From NCBI RefSeq assembly GCF_009914755.1, contig NC_060929.1: a stretch of 64,000 bases of DNA; one strand, given 5' to 3'. The notes under the pieces were generated by a model, which was given only the letters and a program-made list of their open reading frames with translations, searched no databases and was not told the origin of the DNA. The translations under genes were made by a program, and so were the position numbers. Below, one piece after another: positions 52,457-64,000 of the stretch. This stretch comes from the human T2T-CHM13v2.0 reference genome, Homo sapiens. The stretch's first letter is position 1. Each line of letters starts with the position of its first letter.

Positions 52457-54354
52457 ATTAAAATCTTTCCCTTAAAAAAAAGTACACAGATAGAAAAACT
52501 TAACAGCATACAAAATAGCATTTCTGCTGTATAAATGTGAGTTAACGTGAGTCCTAAAAATATTTGTAAACCTAGGTGATTATATCTTTGGTACCGTATT
52601 GAGAACCCACTCTCCCTCCTTGGACCAACTCTGGGGATCCCAGGGAAGTAAGGTGCCAACCTGCAATGCAGGGTTGGTGCCCAGAGGGGTTGAGCTTCCT
52701 GCACCCCCTTCCCAACCCTCCCCGTGCGGGGGCGTCTTGGCTACAACCCTGACTCCCCTGGCACCTCCAATGCCCACTGGGCTGGGGACAATGAGATGTC
52801 ACTGCTAGGTCTGGGCAGTGACAAAACCATACCCCCATGGAGCGCTGCCTCAGGGATGGGGCAGCTGGTGGGTGAGGGGCAAACCTCCAAAGCGCCCACC
52901 TCTCACATCCTTCTTGGGGTACCCATCTGAAGCTTCTTGTCTTTTACAAGACATAACTGTCCTCACTGTCCATTCTGTCTTCGACGCAGACCTCGGCACA
53001 GGTGCTGGAGTGGTGGGCTGCAGGAGGTGATCTCATTTGCCCTCTTTGTCCCTTTTGCCCAGGATACCCCCGGAGGTCATCGTGGGTAGTGAAAGAGGTC
53101 CCGTGGTCTTCCCATGTCCCTGGGGCAGCTGCTGGGGGCTTTCCAGGACACCGGCTGTCACTCTAAGTCAAGGCCTGTGCAGCTGTGTTCTTGAGACTTG
53201 CTGGGGGCCTGGGGAAGGGGCATGGTTCCTGAGTCCCCAGAGTGTGATGTGTGATCTGGAATCTCCCAGGAGCCCAGCTGACCCCCAGGATGGAAGTTTA
53301 GGGTATATGGCCTTGCTTCATCTGGACAAATGTGCAACCACCTGGAATACTCTAGAATGTTAGTGCTGGCAAGGCACTCAGAGTTAATAAGTCCGACTTA
53401 TTCATTTTTTGAAGGGGAAACTGAGGCCCAGAGAGGGTGAGGGATTCCTCCAAAGCCTCATAGCAGGTCCAATGCAGAGCCAGGGCCATATACTGGCACA
53501 CACACGTGGCCACTCCACACTGGCACATTTACATTCTCATCACAGATGCGGGGCCCGTCTGGCCTTCTAGACTCTGGTGGATGGATTAAGACTGAGGGTG
53601 ATAAAGAAAAAGCCCCAGGACTGATGGGCCTGAAGGACAGGGACACAGGCACTTGCTATGGCTGCGTGTGCTCCAAGTGCCCTGGGCAAGGGCTGCAGGC
53701 TGGGGGTGTCCTGTACTTGGCTCAGCCTCCAGCATTAATTAGGCTGCCTAATGGCCCCAGACCAGCTCGGGCCAGGGAACGCAGGGACTGGCATCATAGG
53801 GAGGAGACTGGCTTTCTTCTGGATGAGGCAACACTGCTCAAGGCTAGGCCCTAGCTCAGCCAGCAGCCAGGGAGGCTAGGGTCTCTTCCCTAGCTCCTGG
53901 GTGGATAAAAGTGCGAGGAGAGAGCTATGATTCCTTGAGGGGTAGCTGGCTGAACAGAAAAAAGTTAATTTACCACCTCAGTAACTCCAAGAATCTTCCC
54001 AGGGAGGGATTCGGTCTCCCCACCTGTCAGCCAGGGAGAGAATCCTAGATTCTGGGTCATCAAGCCTAACTTTCCCATCTTACATATGGGAAAACTGAGT
54101 TCCCTGGGGGAACCCTGGCTCAGAGTCAGTTGGCCTCCCTGGAGGCAGAGGGCTGGTCACGGCCCCTGCAGTTTTCTTGCCTCCTAAGCCAGCCCCAGGG
54201 TTTGGGGCACAACACGTCAGGAGCAGAAAGCTTCCAGAAGGGGACAGCTGATAAGGGCAGCCTGGCTGACAGGAAGCCCGGCCAGGCCAGGCCAGGAGAT
54301 GCTGGGTGCTGGCAGGGGGGGAGCTTCAGGCAGGGCAGGGTAGGGGCCAGCCCC
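52431..54354 (-). other. PDGFRB: PDGFRB 3'UTR (about 1.9 kb)
   Basis: Lies between the TAG stop and the poly(A) site. Confidence 0.88.
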
Positions 54355-54675
<321 letters not shown>

Positions 54676-54894
54676 CTATGCAAGGCCTGCACCGTGAGGA
54701 AAGTGTGGCTCAGAGAGGTTATATCACTGCCCCACTTCACACAGCAGGGAAGTGCAGGAGCTGGAACTTCGGAGCAGGGTCAGCTGGCTCCAAAGCTCAT
54801 TTCTCACCCACCAGCATCTCCCTCCTCTGCACTCCTAAAGGTGTATGCTATCTCATTTAATCCTTGCAATGACCGCCTAATAGAAGTACTTTTA

Positions 54895-55308
<414 letters not shown>

Positions 55309-56120
55309 TCACACCTCAAGCTGTGTGAGCGCTGCACTTCACTCCTCTGCGCCATCCACTGGGACTCTTGGATGGTTGGCCTCTTCAACAGTTAGAGCAA
55401 TGAGGGCCTTCGGAGCCTTCTAAGGCCGGTGTGCACTCCTGGCACATATGGAGAAACTGAGGCTCGCAGAGGAGAAGCCTTCCCAGGTCTCAGCGGCTAG
55501 TGGCAGAGTTGGGACAGTACCCCAGCCTGGGGCTCCAGCCACTTCACCTTGGGCTGGATCTCGCTTTGGAGGTGGGCGTGGCCTCATGGGGAGCCCTTCT
55601 CTCCAGTTAAGGGGAGATCCTGCGTGGACATCAAGTCCACACAACAGCAGGGTCCTCCTATAAAGCCCCCTCTGGGCTGTAACTTCACCACTTCCCAAGG
55701 CAAAAGAAAACCACGAATCTCCTTCCCAGTCTGAATTCTGTCCTGAATTCCTTTAGGCACCTCTGACTCCTACAACCAAGCAGGCTCCCTCTGGCCCCAG
55801 GGCGTGGTGCTGAAGAACAGAACATAGGCCTCAGGCTGGCCATGAGTAACAGCTGGGGTGCTGGGGATGCTAAGTAGGTTTGCTTCTTCTTTTTGGGGCT
55901 AGGACAGGACCTAGAGATAAGAGAGTATAGATAACCTCTGGGGGCTCCCTTAAAGGAAATAGCTACCTTGCAAGTAAGTCCCAGCCCATACTTTTGTTTT
56001 TACTAGCCTGCCCTTTCCACCTCAGGGCATCAAAGTTCAAATGAGTTCCATTCTGTCTTCTATTCATTGGTAGGGATAAGTACTTACCCTACGTAACTTA
56101 CCTCTGAGGCAAACCTGGCA

Positions 56121-56139
56121 GCGCGCGCGCGCGCGCGCG

Positions 56140-56176
<37 letters not shown>
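56121..56176. repeat. (GC)10 AC GC (AC)n alternating purine-pyrimidine tract
   Basis: Read directly, 56 bp uninterrupted alternation. Confidence 0.95.
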
Positions 56177-56178
<2 letters not shown>

Positions 56179-56213
56179 TGCACAATTTCCTTGGCCCCAG
56201 GCCAGGGTGGCTA

Positions 56214-56486
<273 letters not shown>

Positions 56487-57337
56487 TCAGGCCAGAAATG
56501 CCTTCAGGGATCTTCTAACCGAGCCCATCCCCCTTTGTATAAATAAGACCCCCGCTGCTCAGAGGGGAAAGGGATTTGCCCAAGCCACATGGTTGAGCTG
56601 CCCTCCTACCTCACATAGAATCTTACAAGGCATGGTGAGCTCAGGACCACCCAGGGAGGGGCAGTTATCAGACCAGCACCCAGGACTCTAACTCTTCCCC
56701 CACTTTAGAGCAGACAGGCACAGGCTCTCATGCTGCCTCAGCGTCCTTCTTCAGGGCCTCAGTTTCCTTTGCTGTGAAGTGGTGATGACCTTACTCCATC
56801 TCCCAGGTCCCTGGGACCATCCCCGGGGGGCAGTGGGGGTGAGAAATGGACCCAAAGAAGGAGCTGCCTCTGTGTCAAAGGCCATGTGTATTTCCTCCTC
56901 ACTTGGACCCGTGTTGTTGGACGGGGCAGGGTTTCAGGGCCCTACTGGCTCTTTGGGCCTTGGACAATCCTGTGACAGGATCCAAGTGGTCAGGCGGTTC
57001 ATGGTCATGTAACCTGGGGTTATTCACACTTCTGAAGGAGCCCCACGGTTCGGTATGGAGGTAAAGGCCTGAGGGAGGCAGCAGGACAGACAGTGCTCTA
57101 GGCCCCCTCCCTGCATCTAATCGATCAGCTTCCATGTAGGATTCCATTTCATAAAGCTCTCTGCTGCTAAAATAAACTCACAGCACCAGCCCATCCCCTC
57201 CTAGAACCAGCAGGGAAACTGAGGCCCAGAGAGGACAAAGGGTGGTCCCCTAAATGCCAGCCCATCACGCAGAGCCTTGTACTCGGTGTCTGACTTCTGC
57301 ACCAGAGCTCTCCGTGCTCCACCCCTACCCTGCCTCA

Positions 57338-57706
<369 letters not shown>

Positions 57707-58061
57707 TCAGCCCTGCAGCTTCCACGGTTGGTTCTTGATGGCATGTGACCCCACCTGAGCCCTTGAAGGTCAGCTCTGGGACTTTTGCTGGCACTATGGA
57801 GCAAGCAGTAGGACATGAGACTGGCACTGCTGGTAGCCATTTGGGCAATGCTGGCCTGAAAATGAGGCCACACAGAGCAAAGCAGAGCTCAGGGCTAGAA
57901 CAAGAGTTCCTGATGCCATCCTTTGAATGGCTGGATCCAGTTACACCAAGGCTTTCTAGATCTCTGAGCTAACAAATCTCTCATCTTTGGTTTAAGCCAG
58001 TAGAGTTGGATATCTATTGTTTGCAGCACAAAATCCTCCCAAATGCATGAGACTCCACTCA

Positions 58062-58391
<330 letters not shown>

Positions 58392-58512
58392 TCAAACCTG
58401 TCAATGCTCAGACAGGGAGATAAAGAGACCCAGAGAGGGCAAAGAATTTGCTAACATCACACAGCAGGGAGAAGGTAGCAGAGCTGGGACCTGAACCAGG
58501 ATCCCTGTATCA

Positions 58513-58761
<249 letters not shown>

Positions 58762-59276
58762 TCAGCCCCACTCTGCACCTGGGATGGGAGGAGGGTATCT
58801 GGCAGCTCCCACCCACAACCACTTCTCCGTCCCATTCCCTGTGAGGGCCCTGGTCTCTGCGCAGCACAGTTCCCATGTCCATCCCAGGGCTGGTCAGAGG
58901 ACCAGAGGCTGTTTCCTTTCTCACTAGCTGGGGACAAGGCAGCCCCTGTCCCTGGGGAAAAGCCCCAGGGTCTGAGTAGTGAAGTGTGGGAGCCAGGGAC
59001 TTGTCAAGGCACCCCCCAAGCTCTTATCCTGGCTGCCTTTGATCTCTGGGCCTAGCGTCCCTCCATCTGGGGTTTGCGGAAAAGTGGGGAGATGAGAGAC
59101 AGGCAGGATGATCACGTTTTAACCAGACCAATCCCTGCTACTGCATGTGACCTGCTCATCTTTCTTGCCCTGTCACCTGGGCTTCTTCCTCTGCCCACCA
59201 CCACTGGAACAACACATTCGGCCTGTTCCCCCTTCCCCCACCCTGGACCCATTATAGCCAGCCCTCCCTGCCGCTA

Positions 59277-59937
<661 letters not shown>

Positions 59938-60464
59938 TCACCTGCTATCTTATATCTCCTTCTGGCCCACAGGACCCCTGCCCTTTGGCTCCTGGGAGAC
60001 TGAATGTCCAAGACAGGTGGCTACTGATCGTCTAGGTCTCCCCTAAAAGGAGAATGATTTCTTAATATCAAACTCAAAGTTCTCCTGCTTTATCAGTGCC
60101 CTCATTGGCCTTTTGGCATTAGCCCTTGGGCCACTTTTGCCCAGCCTGGCCTGCCTGCCTGCCTCTCAGGGACACTAGACCAGCCTGGGGCTGAAGCTGA
60201 GTAGATCACTTTCCCTACCACGACAAAAGGCCAGGTCCTCCCATATCCCTGCTCTCTCCCTCCCTGAGGGTTCTACGCATGTTTCCGGATCCATAAACAG
60301 GGCTTCCGTTTAGGGGTCCACTACAGATCAGTTTTGGCCAGGTGGCTAGCCTCAATTTCTACATCTATGAAATGGGCACGAGGCTCCCTTCTTCTCAGGG
60401 TTTTTGGCAAGGCTGGGCATGTGAAGAGCATCAGCCTGTTTGGATGTGGGGTACTATGTCACTA

Positions 60465-60653
<189 letters not shown>

Positions 60654-61597
60654 TCACAGGAGAGCCTGCAGGCTTTGCCTTCCCCTCCCCTCCTGCCCCT
60701 TGCCACTCATGAATTTCTTCTCTCACTCACACACTCACTCATCTTCCTTCAGTCTATCCCAGTAGGAAAGCCTGTGGATCAAGCCTTTTCAACCAACCTG
60801 CTGGGCCAAGCTGGGCACTGAGGCTACCAAAATGATAGTTAGAACCCAGAGAGCTCACACCCAGAGGCGATTACAGCACCCCAGGGCAAAGGTCACAAGA
60901 CGGGTGTGTTCAGAGGCGCCTTCCTGTGGCCTCCCCAGCGCCACCTGGCCATGGGAGTGCCTGACTGCAACCCAGCATAGGCAGCCAGGATTCACCCCGC
61001 TACCTATGCCTGTAGCATCAGCTCCCCAAAGAGCTGTGGGGCTCTACACACATCTGTCTCTATAGGCAGGAAAAAGATGGGAGAAGCCCTTTGGCTCCTG
61101 GGAGACTGAATGTCAAAACATTGGAGAGGACATGAGTGGGTTTTAAGGTCTTTTACGCTTTTCTGAAGCTACTCTTGTCTTTGTTTTTGTAATCAGCAAC
61201 AGAACTAAGAAGTGTTCTTTTTGGAAAAGACAAAGACTGGAGTTGAGCTCCCTGAGAGGCAGTGTGGAGGCTGATGTGTAGAGGCTGCAGAGAGGAACAC
61301 AGCCTGGAGCACCACTGTGCAAATTGGGAGGCTTGGCTCTCATCTCACCACAGCCTCTGCCCCTTCCTCCATCACTGCCTGCCCTGGACTGAAGGGCAAA
61401 CACCCACGACACAGGGATGGCATGTCACATCTGTAGAGGGCTTAGCAGCACAGGGCCTGGCATTAGTGTTATTCCCTCATCTGGGGTGGACCATCTTGTG
61501 GAACAGCCCTAGCTCCAGGAGTGATTCTGTCCCCTGCCCTGTCACAGCCTCAGCTTCCCCTCCTGGACAAAAGGAGGGGAAGGAGCGGTGCTCCTCA

Positions 61598-61813
<216 letters not shown>

Positions 61814-62639
61814 TCAGGGACAGTCCCTATGGAGGCCTCAGGCGTCCCTTCAAGGCCATGAGGCTAATCAGGGGCTGGATGTGGGAGAGACACTTTGGCA
61901 TGACGGCTAGGAGGCTTTAGTGCCTTGCAAATCTGGATTCTTTTCCTGCCTCTGTGGTGGAGAGCAAGGTACTTAGTCTCCCTGAGCCTTACCTTCCCCA
62001 GCTGTTAAGTGGGGCTAATTAAACCCACCACAAAGCACTGTCATGAGGATTAATGAGATGATGTCTTTATTGGCTGGGCACGTGGCGAGCTCGCAGTGTT
62101 GGCTCTTATTGATATGTTTTCAAACTAAAGCTTACTTTGGAGCCCAGTATAGAAAGCAGATAAAGGCCACTGTTTACAACGATCACTTTAGTAGTTAAAT
62201 TCAACTACAATGCATTTACTTAAAGTCAATCAGTGAGAACTTGAAGATATCTACACAAACGAAAATGTTGAAATGAGCGATCATTGCAAACGTGAATAAG
62301 TCTATGTACCCAACATACTTCTGTATTTTATTTTGGTTGCATAATGCTGAGGAAAATCCCAAATCTCACAATAAGCAGCTGCAAATGGTGATAACATTTT
62401 TTTTCAGCCTAACTGGCAATCAGAGCTTCAAATAGACCCAGTTGGCCACAGAGACTTTCTTCTATGATCAAATGAAGGTAGCTCCCAAGTAGCAAGCTGG
62501 TGGTCTCCAATGGTGGGCATATAACTCATCTTAATGTCATGTGAGCTGTTATTTATTGGTTTTCAAAATGTATTGGGAAAATAAAAAAGTGTCAGCCAAC
62601 ACCATGGTCTGGAAGCTGCTGGGACTGGTGACCTGACTA

Positions 62640-63215
<576 letters not shown>

Positions 63216-63317
63216 CTAGTGCCTGCAAATCAGCATCAGGCCACCCTGGGAGAGGCTAAGTGTGTGGGGAGGGGCAGGGAGAGGTGAAGGCCCAGATGTG
63301 GAGGGCTCCAAGGACTA

Positions 63318-63446
<129 letters not shown>

Positions 63447-64000
63447 TTAGCTCCTGGCCTACCAGGAAGCTGCACCGCTCCCCCAGCTGCCCCCCTCCCC
63501 CCACTCCCCTACCCCCGGCCGCTATCACCCTTCCTGCCCAGTGAGGGGAAAGAGCCACTCTCTTAGGTCAACCTAGACATTACTTAAACCACCTTGGACT
63601 CAGGATATTCCCTAAACACACTCCTGCAACCACAATACCTCCCTGTCTTTCCTGGTATCTCATCTAAGTCCTGCCTGCTTTCTGCCCCATCTTTAATCTC
63701 TGGAAAGTTTCTTCCCTCCCAAGGGAGCACGCTTCTCTGTACCTCCTCAGCTTCCCCAGCCAGACCAGGCCTGCTACTCAGCCTGTCCTCAATCCTTCCA
63801 CTTTTGCCACATAGGGATCCCGTCTCACAGGGTCACAGGATCATAGAACCTCAATGCTAGGCAGTTCCTGGGGGATGGTCTTGCTCTCATTGTACATAGT
63901 AGGAGATGGAGGGCCAGAGAAGGCAAGACACCAGCCCTAGGTCTCATAGCTAGTCATGGCAAGGCTGGGACCAGACCTCAGAGAGTCTTCCCACCCAACT

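Overview
This is human genomic DNA from the tandem class III receptor tyrosine kinase locus PDGFRB-CSF1R (5q32), with both genes on the minus strand. The right end holds PDGFRB exons 13-23 (split kinase domain, C-tail and 3'UTR ending near 52431). About 470 bp downstream lies CSF1R non-coding (trophoblast) exon 1 at 51853-51964, then a 26.7 kb TE-rich intron 1, the myeloid promoter with ATG exon 2 (ATG at 25003), the FIRE enhancer and coding exons 3-13; the gene continues past the left edge. All exons were placed from GT-AG boundaries and continuous reading frames. Intron 1 contains a full-length intact-ORF RPL7 retrocopy (antisense, 14-bp TSD), a sense THE1 LTR with TATA, NF-kB site and splice donor, an AP-1-rich LTR10, a Y3 RNA pseudogene and nested L1/Alu/DNA-transposon fossils. 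The forensic STR CSF1PO is present as [ATCT]11. The locus is well studied, and I see no prokaryote-type system (CRISPR, operon, etc.). The observations least likely to be annotated are an apparent Alu-Alu micro-inversion that flipped an (AAAG)16(GGAA)17 tract, an exact 29-bp direct repeat flanking PDGFRB exon 16, AP-1 motifs in four separate LTRs, and a possible orphan retroposed 3'UTR fragment. Repeat subfamily names and literature links are from memory, not from database searches.
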